Below, piece by piece: positions 19,330 to 28,060 of a stretch of DNA of 64,000 nt (positions are counted from its first letter, which is position 1; each line of letters begins with the position of its first letter). This stretch comes from a phage: NCBI GenBank assembly GCA_020279385.1, contig GCA_020279385.1_4762.1; one strand, 5' to 3'. The notes beneath the pieces are model-generated. The model was given only the letters and a program-made list of their open reading frames with translations. It made no database searches and was not told where the DNA came from. The translations under genes and the position numbers were made by a program.

Positions 19330-19803
19330 CTATCTTAATCTTTGTATAAATTGTTTCTTATACTTCTTCGTGATCTCTTCTCTTGTATCCGCGTCACAGT
19401 AATCGAAACCTTCTGCGTCCATAATAGCAACCATCTCCGAGCGTGTCAAGCGTGAAAATCGTTTTACTTTATCAACAGCATATTGAGGATGTAAATGATT
19501 GTTGGTGTAGTCTCCTTTGATGTAATTAACATAGTTTGTAGCCCAAACAACGAAATCAGCACCTAAAGCACCAACACCAAACCGTTTAAAGTCTCCGGTC
19601 AACGATCCTTCTAGGCGGTTGCAACACGAATGAAGCAATCCCCTTACGCGGCCTTGCCCTTTCCCATCTAGATCATGATCATGGTCAAGATGGTTTTTGC
19701 TCATATCCTCAAAAAGTGGCAATTGACAAAGGGGGCAAATGCCCCCCTGTTTTTCGAATAGTTCTTGTTTATACTCTTTAGCACTCTTAGCAGTCAGTAA
19801 CAT
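19330..19803 (-). CDS. 49: Endonuclease VII (Holliday junction resolvase) gp49
   Basis: 157 aa from ATG 19803; CPLC..HLDHDHDL..GKGQGRVRGLLHSCCN matches T4 endo VII. Confidence 0.9.
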   Translation of the reverse strand: MLLTAKSAKEYKQELFEKQGGICPLCQLPLFEDMSKNHLDHDHDLDGKGQGRVRGLLHSCCNRLEGSLTGDFKRFGVGALGADFVVWATNYVNYIKGDYTNNHLHPQYAVDKVKRFSRLTRSEMVAIMDAEGFDYCDADTREEITKKYKKQFIQRLR

Positions 19804-19827
19804 AAATTCACCCTCCAAAGAAGGTAT

Positions 19828-20109
19828 TTAACCATTAATCTTGTTTTTGACTACAAAGGATCGGAACTCATCAAAACCACCTATATAATCACCATTATAG
19901 AAAATCTGCGGCATGGTGGCAATAACTTCTACCCCTGCGCGATCCTGAATGTCGGCAATGATAGAATCAATCTTTACCGGACGACCGTTTTCGTCCACAC
20001 CATCATTAACCGGAATGTAGATGTAAGGGATCTTACGCGATTCACAAAGGCGCTTTGCATTCTGGCAATACTTACAGTTATAACCTTCAAAACCAAAAAT
20101 TTCTACCAT
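19828..20109 (-). CDS. nrdC: Thioredoxin/glutaredoxin NrdC
   Basis: CKYCQNAKRL redox motif and MPQIFYNGDYIGGFDEF as in T4 NrdC. Confidence 0.85.
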   Translation of the reverse strand: MVEIFGFEGYNCKYCQNAKRLCESRKIPYIYIPVNDGVDENGRPVKIDSIIADIQDRAGVEVIATMPQIFYNGDYIGGFDEFRSFVVKNKING

Positions 20110-20110
20110 G

Positions 20111-20866
20111 TTATACCTCATTCAGTTCTATATCAAGTTCATTTTCAATAATATAGGCATTAACTGCCCGTGCCGCATCATCTTCTGTGTCAAATCTTCC
20201 TATATACACACCGCGAACTTTAGCACCGTAATTACCTTGTTTTGGTACTTTGTAAACGTATCTATGACGGGAACTTGCTGCTTTTTGGAGCTTCTTGCCA
20301 TATTCAGACTTTGCATATTCTATATCATCAATCTCGTTTATACAAGACCTATCACCAAAATGTTTCAACGCTGCAAGATTATATGCATACGCCGCACCGA
20401 TCTCGGAGGGAAAATATCCTAAATGTATAGACTTCCCATCCAACATTATTGCACCAGTCCAATAACCTTTATTCTTATTAAACGACACACCTTTATACTT
20501 CGAATATGTTTTGCATTTGGTCTTGCTCATATTCATATTATTTTGTTTGCTTGTCGTCTCTCTAAGGTTTTCAATGCGGCTATTATAACGATCTCGGTCT
20601 TTATGATCTATATACTTAGGACAATGACCATGAAACATATGATAGATAACACGGTGCATACGTTCGTATCGCTCGCCAGTCCATACAATACGATACCCAT
20701 CGGGGGTATCACTTCCAGCTAATCCGTTTATAACACCTTTTCGGTGCGGGTGAATCTTCCACCTAAGAAAACCATCATCATAATAAAACCGTGAATGATA
20801 TAAATCATACAAACGTTTATCTTCTGGAGTCTTGTGTATAACATCATATTTTAACATTGGTGACAT
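20111..20866 (-). CDS. HNH homing endonuclease with tandem AP2-like DNA-binding domains
   Basis: IDHKDRDRYNSRIENLRETT HNH motif; two YKGVSF/YGAKVRGVYIGRF AP2-like modules. Confidence 0.8.
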   Translation of the reverse strand: MSPMLKYDVIHKTPEDKRLYDLYHSRFYYDDGFLRWKIHPHRKGVINGLAGSDTPDGYRIVWTGERYERMHRVIYHMFHGHCPKYIDHKDRDRYNSRIENLRETTSKQNNMNMSKTKCKTYSKYKGVSFNKNKGYWTGAIMLDGKSIHLGYFPSEIGAAYAYNLAALKHFGDRSCINEIDDIEYAKSEYGKKLQKAASSRHRYVYKVPKQGNYGAKVRGVYIGRFDTEDDAARAVNAYIIENELDIELNEV

Positions 20867-21659
20867 AAACTTCCTTAGTATCGGATTTTTTACCCCCGCT
20901 ACGATCTAAACAATATGTTTTATCCAGTTCAACAACAGAAACATCATTACGTTCGATAAAATCAAGCAAATGGTTGTTAACTTTCCCTTTGTGGTGAGTA
21001 ACATTGCTTAATCCAAACTTAGTACCGCTAGACATTAATGATTCTATCCACATGTAGAATTTAATCTCTTCTTCTTCACTCCAGAACTTATTATATTCTG
21101 CCGACGTGATCCAATATGGCGGATCAAGGAAAACGAAATCATCCGGCAAGATCTCGATCTCGTCATAGCGACCAGACGTAAAACTGATTCGACCGTCTTT
21201 GTTTTCTTCCTTAAAATTCAGGACACGCTCTACCGCGTTTTCGTTAAAAGTCCGGCGACCAAAATTAGCATTAAATTCTCCCTTCCGGTTATGGCGGTTA
21301 ATGTTGCTAAAACTGTGCTGAATCAGAACAAACAGAGATAGCGGATCTGGATTCTCGTTATACTTCTTGCGGAATGCCATGTAAGCATCTTTATCATCAC
21401 GAGACAAATCATTTTCGGCAATAATCCGCTTGATCGTAGAAACCGGATCAGGACACTCGTCAATCGCTTTGTACGCGTCAATTAAGCGGTGATCATAGTC
21501 ATTCGCCAGAACATCCCCTTCGACGTACAGAGACACGCTCAAGCCGCCACAAAAGGCATCAACAAAGCGGTTATAGTGCTTAGGGAAATACTTACTAACA
21601 CCTGGCAATAACTTTTCCTTATTGCCAGTATAGGGAATTAAACCTAATGCTTTCTTCAT
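20844..21659 (-). CDS. dam: DNA adenine methyltransferase Dam
   Basis: YTGNK, FVDAFCGGLSVSL, DPPY, FGLSNV blocks colinear with T4 Dam. Confidence 0.9.
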   Translation of the reverse strand: MKKALGLIPYTGNKEKLLPGVSKYFPKHYNRFVDAFCGGLSVSLYVEGDVLANDYDHRLIDAYKAIDECPDPVSTIKRIIAENDLSRDDKDAYMAFRKKYNENPDPLSLFVLIQHSFSNINRHNRKGEFNANFGRRTFNENAVERVLNFKEENKDGRISFTSGRYDEIEILPDDFVFLDPPYWITSAEYNKFWSEEEEIKFYMWIESLMSSGTKFGLSNVTHHKGKVNNHLLDFIERNDVSVVELDKTYCLDRSGGKKSDTKEVYVTNVKI

Positions 21660-22090
21660 TATCCCTTCCTCAAATAAGTTCGCTCAATCTCTACCAGTTC
21701 GAAAAATTCATCCCAATCACACGGAAAGTTGCAGTTTCCAAAATGGTCTTCGTTATAGAGTTCTTTACCGGATGGCAGCTTAATATCTGTTACAGTATAC
21801 CAACCGCAACAATCGCAATCACCCTCAGCAACAGAAACCTTCGTAGGAATTTGCATCATTGCTAGATAGGTCGGTACGTCAGACTGTTCAAAGATCATGT
21901 AACCTTCATGGTCAAACGAGACAAAATTGTCATCACCCAAAAAAGGAATGTAATGGTCATAATCGGTTACAGGTTGACCGTGCAATTCCCACTCTACAAT
22001 TTTAACATTACCGCTAAACTTGATACCCATAATGTCAACAAGAAAATGAGTATCGTCAATGTAAATCTTACTAGGAGTTGGATAAACCAT
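21659..22090 (-). CDS. Hypothetical protein
   Basis: 143-aa ORF. Confidence 0.5.
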   Translation of the reverse strand: MVYPTPSKIYIDDTHFLVDIMGIKFSGNVKIVEWELHGQPVTDYDHYIPFLGDDNFVSFDHEGYMIFEQSDVPTYLAMMQIPTKVSVAEGDCDCCGWYTVTDIKLPSGKELYNEDHFGNCNFPCDWDEFFELVEIERTYLRKG

Positions 22091-22100
22091 TATATAATCC

Positions 22101-22397
22101 TCATATCTCAGAGAATAGAATCTCTGTTAGCTTCACTGACTGCTCTCTGAATGTTAGCGTATACTCGAAAGGAAAGTCAACACCTAATTTCAGAAGAGAA
22201 TAGCCTACCGCCTCTTTATGCTTATCGGTTAGGGCGATCCTAACCAATTCCCGTTGAATCTCTTTAGGCGGTGAATGGATAGTAACACGGGTATCATGCA
22301 ATGTCCAGTCACCATTACGAATCAAGATTAACGGGTTATCATCATTGAAGATCACCGACCCCTTTCCGGTCGGTGAGTGTTTTATACTAATCATCAA
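22101..22397 (-). CDS. Hypothetical protein
   Basis: 98-aa ORF. Confidence 0.45.
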   Translation of the reverse strand: MMISIKHSPTGKGSVIFNDDNPLILIRNGDWTLHDTRVTIHSPPKEIQRELVRIALTDKHKEAVGYSLLKLGVDFPFEYTLTFREQSVKLTEILFSEI

Positions 22398-22608
22398 ATT
22401 CTAAGAAATATTCTGGAACGATATACCCGTTAAAGTCATTGCACTTATAAAAATGTGGTGCATTTAATGCTGGATGAGCATTAGTAAAGAGTTTACCCTC
22501 TAGAAACAGAATGTAATTAATAGGTCTAATACCTACAGAATCAGGGTCTAAACCTTTTTCTTTCAGTTCAGCCAGCGTTAAAACTCGTCCAGATCGTAAC
22601 TTAGCCAT
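22387..22608 (-). CDS. Hypothetical protein
   Basis: 73-aa ORF. Confidence 0.45.
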   Translation of the reverse strand: MAKLRSGRVLTLAELKEKGLDPDSVGIRPINYILFLEGKLFTNAHPALNAPHFYKCNDFNGYIVPEYFLEFDD

Positions 22609-22894
22609 GATTTACCCCTAATTCATCAAGATTATGTCGCAGCATTTCAGAGTATTTTTCTACTTCCTTGATCTTAGTGTGGATCTCCACGATCTCATCT
22701 TCACTATCAGATAGTTTAATGGCAATCGCGAGCGTGCTTTTACCAGCTTTCATAGTCTCTTTCCGTTCAACCAATAGATCCGCGTGTTTCAATAGCAATT
22801 CTTCACGTTGAACATAAGCGACGGTCAAAGCCTCATCAGCAATTTCTAAAGCGTTTTCAGCGACACCAACAACCATTTTACGAGTAGACAGCAT
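22601..22894 (-). CDS. Hypothetical protein
   Basis: 97-aa ORF. Confidence 0.5.
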   Translation of the reverse strand: MLSTRKMVVGVAENALEIADEALTVAYVQREELLLKHADLLVERKETMKAGKSTLAIAIKLSDSEDEIVEIHTKIKEVEKYSEMLRHNLDELGVNHG

Positions 22895-22908
22895 AAATTC
22901 ACCTCACA

Positions 22909-23217
22909 TTATTTCACGTTAACGCCGTCATCAATCCAGCCGACGCTATTTGGTTTAACAGTTTTACCATAGGATGCATACTTAATCAAGCATGGTTTAA
23001 CATCATTATCAAATCTTCCTAAACGTACTCCCAAATCAGGAATATCCATGTATGCGGCTTTATATCCCCATGTACCGTATTCAGAATCAATCTCAACCGG
23101 ACGGCCTTTAAAAGCATACACTACACCGTGACGGTCAACGATAACATAGCGATAGCCAGCCGGAAGATACACAGTTTCGCCGTAAACTTTAACTGGAGTA
23201 GCAGAAGAGATAAACAT
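22909..23217 (-). CDS. Hypothetical protein
   Basis: Start reset to ATG 23217 (GAGGATTATATTATG); promoter 23252-23280 upstream. Confidence 0.5.
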   Translation of the reverse strand: MFISSATPVKVYGETVYLPAGYRYVIVDRHGVVYAFKGRPVEIDSEYGTWGYKAAYMDIPDLGVRLGRFDNDVKPCLIKYASYGKTVKPNSVGWIDDGVNVK

Positions 23218-23251
23218 AATATAATCCTCACATCGTTCATTTGATGCGGTC

Positions 23252-23280
23252 ATTATATGATAACCGCATTTTCATGTCAA
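23252..23280 (-). promoter_or_regulatory. Early promoter TTGACA-N17-TATAAT
   Basis: GCGGT/ACCGC hairpin around -10. Confidence 0.5.
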
Positions 23281-23287
23281 CAGTTTT

Positions 23288-23596
23288 TTAAAAATCTTCT
23301 TCCGGTTTATATCGACCGTCATCGACTGGTTTTGGACTGAATCCTTTATGCGTGCGCGGCTTCGCTTCCGGTTTACCAGCAATCATCAAACCAAAACATT
23401 TCAGCCCCTTATAACACATAACAATATCAACCACGATCCACGTTATAGGCCATAAGATTGCAGCAATACAAAATGCTCCTGTATCGACCTCTTTGGTGTC
23501 CTTGTCGAATCTGGCGTACAAGCAGAATACTAGATACGAGATCATTGCACCAGTAGTCCAGATATAAAGCACATTAACAATATCTTGTGTTGTCAC
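23288..23596 (-). CDS. Hypothetical membrane protein
   Basis: Hydrophobic segments; GTG start 23596 preceded by AAGGAGGATAAT. Confidence 0.45.
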   Translation of the reverse strand: MTTQDIVNVLYIWTTGAMISYLVFCLYARFDKDTKEVDTGAFCIAAILWPITWIVVDIVMCYKGLKCFGLMIAGKPEAKPRTHKGFSPKPVDDGRYKPEEDF

Positions 23597-23606
23597 ATTA
23601 TCCTCC

Positions 23607-23885
23607 TTACATGTCTTGCAGTGCATAAAAGCATTTTTCTTCATAGTCATAGAAAATGTCAAAGTATGCTTTTTCCACATACTCGCCATTAATCCAAGCG
23701 GCAGTAACAATCAGAGTGGTCCAGTTAGATCCGCTCTCAACGGTAAAGGTTTTAATACCCAGCTTCGCTGCCAAGTCGAACGCAAACCGGACGCAACCAC
23801 GGCAGGAAGTGATATTGGAAGTTTTTATTTTAAAGCCACCGCGAGTTTTAGAAATTTCTACTTTAGCGAAAGACAGGTTGCTCAT
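23607..23885 (-). CDS. Hypothetical protein
   Basis: 92-aa ORF with GGAGAATCAAA RBS and promoter 23928-23956. Confidence 0.55.
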   Translation of the reverse strand: MSNLSFAKVEISKTRGGFKIKTSNITSCRGCVRFAFDLAAKLGIKTFTVESGSNWTTLIVTAAWINGEYVEKAYFDIFYDYEEKCFYALQDM

Positions 23886-23927
23886 TTTGATTCTCCTTAA
23901 GAAAGTGTGTTTCGTTTTGATGTGTGT

Positions 23928-23956
23928 AGTATAGGGGATACGTGATCCCCTGTCAA
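23928..23956 (-). promoter_or_regulatory. Early promoter TTGACA-[GGGGATCACGTATCCCC]-TATACT
   Basis: Palindromic spacer. Confidence 0.5.
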
Positions 23957-23964
23957 CAATTTTT

Positions 23965-24228
23965 TTATGATTTTAGTGAATTAACCACTACATCAAAATG
24001 ATGTACAGAGCACACCCTACGAAACACATATTCATCATGTTTCGGAATCGCCCCCAACCGCTTTATTTCGCTCGCTGACACGATAAACCGTTTATCAGGT
24101 GCATTTACCTTATATGCTTCAACAACGCACGGAAAACGCGTTTTAGAGAGTTCGGGATAGTTTTCTGACTCCATCAGGACAATGAATACCCTATTACATT
24201 GATTGTAGAATCCGGTTTTTGATTTCAT
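23965..24228 (-). CDS. Hypothetical protein
   Basis: ORF; start ambiguous (overlaps upstream ORF in ORF-track coordinates). Confidence 0.35.
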   Translation of the reverse strand: MKSKTGFYNQCNRVFIVLMESENYPELSKTRFPCVVEAYKVNAPDKRFIVSASEIKRLGAIPKHDEYVFRRVCSVHHFDVVVNSLKS

Positions 24229-24535
24229 CAAGTTTTCTTCTCTGTGAAATTCGTGCAATCTTCCTTTCATGATTTCGTTGGTTCTTGTCTTCACAGTTTA
24301 CCCACTCAACAAGGTCTTTGCCTAACTCGAAAGCCCATTCTCGGTCCTGCTTTACGTTTTGTAGGTATGGACTTTCCGACACTCGACGAAGTGATCTTGT
24401 CGTAACAAGAATGATCCCAGGAATGTTCGGATGTTCCTTTCCATATACAATAGGACGCGAGTCACTATCAATACCCTGTAAGAAGGTGTATCCTGAATCA
24501 CTTAGGATCATATACATTTTCATTTCATCCATCAC
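24194..24535 (-). CDS. Hypothetical protein
   Basis: 113-aa ORF. Confidence 0.45.
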   Translation of the reverse strand: MMDEMKMYMILSDSGYTFLQGIDSDSRPIVYGKEHPNIPGIILVTTRSLRRVSESPYLQNVKQDREWAFELGKDLVEWVNCEDKNQRNHERKIARISQRRKLDEIKNRILQSM

Positions 24536-24789
24536 AGTTTCCTCAACCAGTTATTAAAGCGAGTAAACCATGATGCTTTTCGTGCTTCTTTTACTTTATG
24601 TGCCCGCAAACCACTGAAACACCATTCATAATCATCACTGAAACATGATTCAACAGGAACACCCGCATTTCGTAGTTCTCTGGTCTTTATCATGAATCCT
24701 TGACATAAGGGGCGACCTTCAACAATGATAGGAAGTTTAACTTTTTCCATGAAAGTATACCCAGCACGGTCAATAATTTCAATCTTCAT
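24532..24789 (-). CDS. Paralog family C protein (KLPIIVEGRP family)
   Basis: MKIEIIDRAGYTFMEKVKLPIIVEGRP...; RBS GAGGATTATATT. Confidence 0.6.
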   Translation of the reverse strand: MKIEIIDRAGYTFMEKVKLPIIVEGRPLCQGFMIKTRELRNAGVPVESCFSDDYEWCFSGLRAHKVKEARKASWFTRFNNWLRKL

Positions 24790-24807
24790 AATATAATCCT
24801 CAATTGA

Positions 24808-25011
24808 TTACACTTCCCAGGCTTCTTTGCTAAGAAAACACCATTTATACTCAGGAGAATAACCTTTAATCGGTACTCCAGCTTTTTGTAATTCCTGCGT
24901 TTCAACAACATAATCATGCCCATACGGTCGGCCTTCCACGATGATAGGAAGTTTAACACCTTTCATGAAAGAATATCCACCATCGTCAAAAATTTCAATT
25001 TTAATTTTCAT
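24808..25011 (-). CDS. Paralog family C protein
   Basis: MKIKIEIFDDGGYSFMKGVKLPIIVEGRP... Confidence 0.6.
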   Translation of the reverse strand: MKIKIEIFDDGGYSFMKGVKLPIIVEGRPYGHDYVVETQELQKAGVPIKGYSPEYKWCFLSKEAWEV

Positions 25012-25034
25012 TTTACATTATCTCCATAGTTCTT

Positions 25035-25256
25035 TCAATCAATATCAATTTCACCAGCACGAACATCTAGGATAAGATGCGGTAGGTGTATGCAATTTTC
25101 CCAACCAATGCGCTTCATTTCTTCTACGGTAACGTAAGCCCACCCGTTCGCTGTAATAAAGTCTACTTCAACCTTGAGAGGAAAGCAAGACTTTTCTATG
25201 TCTTCAAATCCGATAATGTGTTTTGTCGTTGAATATGGAATATATCCGGTGATCAT
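25035..25256 (-). CDS. Hypothetical protein
   Basis: 73-aa ORF. Confidence 0.45.
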   Translation of the reverse strand: MITGYIPYSTTKHIIGFEDIEKSCFPLKVEVDFITANGWAYVTVEEMKRIGWENCIHLPHLILDVRAGEIDID

Positions 25257-25687
25257 TTTGTGATCTCCTTATACTCAACACACCATAAGCGGGTAGCCCA
25301 TGATAAACGCTCATAACGCTGGCAGAAATTGGACCATAGATATTGTGTACCGTCTTGCATGGTTGAAATATGCGTTTTCTCACCTAATTTCACGAAAGAA
25401 GTATTCGATTTTGTGATCTCGACCGGAGTATATCCGAAAGCGGGTTCCAACTCAACATCTGAACTAAATGCCAATTTAACAGAATTTGTTTTCCTGACCG
25501 CTGTCCGGTTTCCTTCTGGGTATAGCACAGCAGGTTTAGCGCCTAAGCGGATAAACTCAGTGTTTTTAATAAACAGAATATCATGATAACCGTCATATTC
25601 CGACACTTCCATAGTAACAGGAAAATCGATATGTGCTAAACCTGGTAGATCTCGCATATCATGAAATGTAGCCATCAACTTTTTCAT
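25253..25687 (-). CDS. Hypothetical protein
   Basis: Start reset to ATG 25687 after GAGGAATACAAG. Confidence 0.5.
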   Translation of the reverse strand: MKKLMATFHDMRDLPGLAHIDFPVTMEVSEYDGYHDILFIKNTEFIRLGAKPAVLYPEGNRTAVRKTNSVKLAFSSDVELEPAFGYTPVEITKSNTSFVKLGEKTHISTMQDGTQYLWSNFCQRYERLSWATRLWCVEYKEITK

Positions 25688-25697
25688 CTTGTATTCC

Positions 25698-25895
25698 TCA
25701 CTCTTCTGTTTCATTTCTTTTATATGGTACTATAACAGGATTAATACAGCAAGCACCAATTACGTTATGAGCACCACAATTTAAGCATTTATAATCATGG
25801 AACTTATTAAGGAATCGCCCGAACTCATAACCGACTAACGCCGCGTGTACTTGAGTCTCGATCTCATCCATATCAGCCAATGTTTTAACCTTCAT
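25698..25895 (-). CDS. Hypothetical Cys-rich protein
   Basis: MKVKTLADMDE...CLNCGAH..CC; start reset to ATG 25895 (GAGGATTATATTATG). Confidence 0.5.
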   Translation of the reverse strand: MKVKTLADMDEIETQVHAALVGYEFGRFLNKFHDYKCLNCGAHNVIGACCINPVIVPYKRNETEE

Positions 25896-25905
25896 AATAT
25901 AATCC

Positions 25906-26196
25906 TCAAATACTGGTTTTGCGAAGATGGTCATTACATGCTTTTAATGCATCAGTCGCGGTGTCATAGCGAGTATTATCATAGCACCAGTAACCATCTG
26001 TCAACTGATAAATTAATCCATCCTTTTTAGCGTCGATGAAAGACAATTCTTTGAAAGTTTCTACTTTCTTTGCTGATACTCCACGGTCACGGCGTTTATA
26101 GAGTTTAGCTAAAATGCGTTCAGCTTGTTCCTCTTTATCGCCAGACAGATCTCAGATGATGTTTCTGATATGCTTGATTAATTGTTCAGTGGTCAT
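25906..26196 (-). pseudogene. Small early gene interrupted by in-frame TGA at codon 15 (stop at 26152-26154)
   Basis: Own promoter (26227-26254), SD TAAGGAGAATCAAAT and ATG 26196; single reading frame MTTEQLIKHIRNII*DLSGDKEEQAERILAKLYKRRDRGVSAKK... continues 81 codons past the TGA. Confidence 0.45.
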
Positions 26197-26226
26197 ATTT
26201 GATTCTCCTTAGTTGGTATGGTTATC

Positions 26227-26254
26227 ATTATACGGGGATTTCTCCCCGTGTCAA
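26227..26254 (-). promoter_or_regulatory. Early promoter TTGACA-[CGGGGAGAAATCCCCG]-TATAAT
   Basis: Same palindrome as at 6355-6371; drives the TGA-interrupted gene. Confidence 0.5.
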
Positions 26255-26257
26255 CAA

Positions 26258-26479
26258 TTAAATGATCTCTGCTTCACCGTTAAGGAAGAAAGACCATGTT
26301 TTGTTAGGATAACGAAGCGCCCACGATTCAGCAGTTTTAACACCAGCTTCGAACAATTGACGGCTGGTTACTTTAGCCATACCATCTTCGATGGCAACGT
26401 TTTCAATAATCATCGGGTACTTAGCGCCACGCATGAAACCGAAGCCAGCGGAAGATTTGATAATTTTAACAGTTGCCAT
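26258..26479 (-). CDS. Paralog family C protein
   Basis: MATVKIIKSSAGFGFMRGAKYPMIIEN...; ATG 26479 after GGAGAATCAAAA. Confidence 0.6.
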   Translation of the reverse strand: MATVKIIKSSAGFGFMRGAKYPMIIENVAIEDGMAKVTSRQLFEAGVKTAESWALRYPNKTWSFFLNGEAEII

Positions 26480-26518
26480 TTTTGATTCTCCTAGAAAGTG
26501 TCGTGTTTCGATGGGTGT

Positions 26519-26547
26519 ATTATGCAATAACACCGGATCGCTGTCAA
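26519..26547 (-). promoter_or_regulatory. Early promoter TTGACA-N17-CATAAT
   Basis: GGTGT/ACACC palindrome around -10. Confidence 0.5.
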
Positions 26548-26566
26548 CACTTTCTAAGAAAAATTT

Positions 26567-26851
26567 TTAAACTAATCGAATATAACCAAGAATTTCAGCG
26601 CCTTTAGCCAGTCCTAAAACTTCCCATTCAAGGTCGCCGTAGTCATAATTTGCAACCATCAACTGACCATTTTTCATGCAGCAATCATGAGAGAAAATTT
26701 GCCCCGCATAAACTACGATAGTAATAAACTTTCCTGATTCTGGCGGTGTGGAAGACAAAGCGACCATATGACCATTCAGCTTAGTAACCAGTGATGGAAC
26801 AATAAAATTCGGGCTTACCTTAATACCGTTAAATTCGTTTGTGTCTTTCAT
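26567..26851 (-). CDS. Hypothetical protein
   Basis: 94-aa ORF. Confidence 0.5.
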   Translation of the reverse strand: MKDTNEFNGIKVSPNFIVPSLVTKLNGHMVALSSTPPESGKFITIVVYAGQIFSHDCCMKNGQLMVANYDYGDLEWEVLGLAKGAEILGYIRLV

Positions 26852-27198
26852 GCCAGACCTCGCAAAACACTAATAGCATAATCATGCTGGTTATTCATAA
26901 TATCAATTGCATTGTGATAACGAGCTAAACCATCAAGGATAAATTCTTGTTTATCCTGTTTCAGTTTGGTATCACGCGCAGCCATAAGAGCATCAAGAAC
27001 AGGTCCAAAGTGATTATCTAATTCATCTTCGGTTGCAATGTTTCCTATTGCCTCGTCGATCCGTGATTCTAATGCTTGCTTTTCGTTGATCACTTGCTGG
27101 GTATATTCCAACACATCAAGAATATCGCGGGTAACGTCGCCATGATAAGGTATTCCCGCATGAAGATGATCAATTAATCGCTGAATATCAATGTTCAT
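26848..27198 (-). CDS. Hypothetical protein
   Basis: 116-aa ORF. Confidence 0.5.
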   Translation of the reverse strand: MNIDIQRLIDHLHAGIPYHGDVTRDILDVLEYTQQVINEKQALESRIDEAIGNIATEDELDNHFGPVLDALMAARDTKLKQDKQEFILDGLARYHNAIDIMNNQHDYAISVLRGLA

Positions 27199-27533
27199 TT
27201 GTAACCCTCCTCTGAAAGCACATCCCAGATCGTTGAGTCAAGATGCATTAAATTCCACATAATAGAGTCATAACTACCGAAGCCAGAAGTAAAAATTACA
27301 TCACACTGGCGATAGGTCTTATGAAAATCGGTGGCTGTCTCTGCATCAATCGGCATATCGTCACCTGAAAGCACCAGACATTTAAGAATCATAACTCTGT
27401 TAGCCGTTGGCGCTTGCTTAGTCTTTTCAGCATATTTTTCGATGATCCGTTTTGCCTTTTCTTCTTTGATACGTCCAGACCAAATCCGGTTTCGGTATTG
27501 ATTCATAATAATTTCAATCACATCATTTTGCAT
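27195..27533 (-). CDS. Hypothetical protein
   Basis: 112-aa ORF. Confidence 0.5.
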   Translation of the reverse strand: MQNDVIEIIMNQYRNRIWSGRIKEEKAKRIIEKYAEKTKQAPTANRVMILKCLVLSGDDMPIDAETATDFHKTYRQCDVIFTSGFGSYDSIMWNLMHLDSTIWDVLSEEGYK

Positions 27534-27732
27534 TCTTCACGGTCTCCATAATGGTTTTGTAAGCCAGTTTAAGATGATCACCGAAAAACTTTGCGGTGTT
27601 ACCCTTCGGATCGCGGAGCATGGTTTCTACGATCTCATCGGCAGTAACAATTTCTCCTTTCTTTGCTGAATGTTCTACCATATACTTCAAAGTTTCTTCG
27701 GAAGCAAGTGCTGCCGCTACTGGATTAATCAT
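27523..27732 (-). CDS. Hypothetical protein
   Basis: 69-aa ORF directly downstream of promoter 27763-27791. Confidence 0.5.
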   Translation of the reverse strand: MINPVAAALASEETLKYMVEHSAKKGEIVTADEIVETMLRDPKGNTAKFFGDHLKLAYKTIMETVKNAK

Positions 27733-27762
27733 TTTTGATTCTCCTTTGTTTTCGATGTGTGC

Positions 27763-27791
27763 ATTATGCTATACCCTATTCCGGTTGTCAA
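27763..27791 (-). promoter_or_regulatory. Early promoter TTGACA-N17-CATAAT
   Basis: Directly downstream of terminator 27797-27828. Confidence 0.5.
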
Positions 27792-27796
27792 CACCT

Positions 27797-27828
27797 AAAA
27801 ACGAAAAAGCCACCCTTTCGGATGGCTT
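27797..27828 (-). terminator. Intrinsic terminator
   Basis: GCCAUCC-GAAA-GGGUGGC hairpin plus UUUUUCGUUUUU. Confidence 0.65.
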
Positions 27829-28060
27829 TTGATTATATTTTATTCACGTCCATTTGTATAGTAGTGTTTGAATCGACCTTTGCTAAACTAGTTAAACATA
27901 GTAACCAATTCACCATCCCTTTCCAATGATAACCCTTCCTCGTCTTAGACGGGTCTTCCGATTCGGCAGTAATTGAACACGCGAAAGTATGAGGAAGCCA
28001 AATAGTTGTGTTAATGCTAGTATTCTTTTACTTCTGGTATGCATCCCACGGTGACTAACA

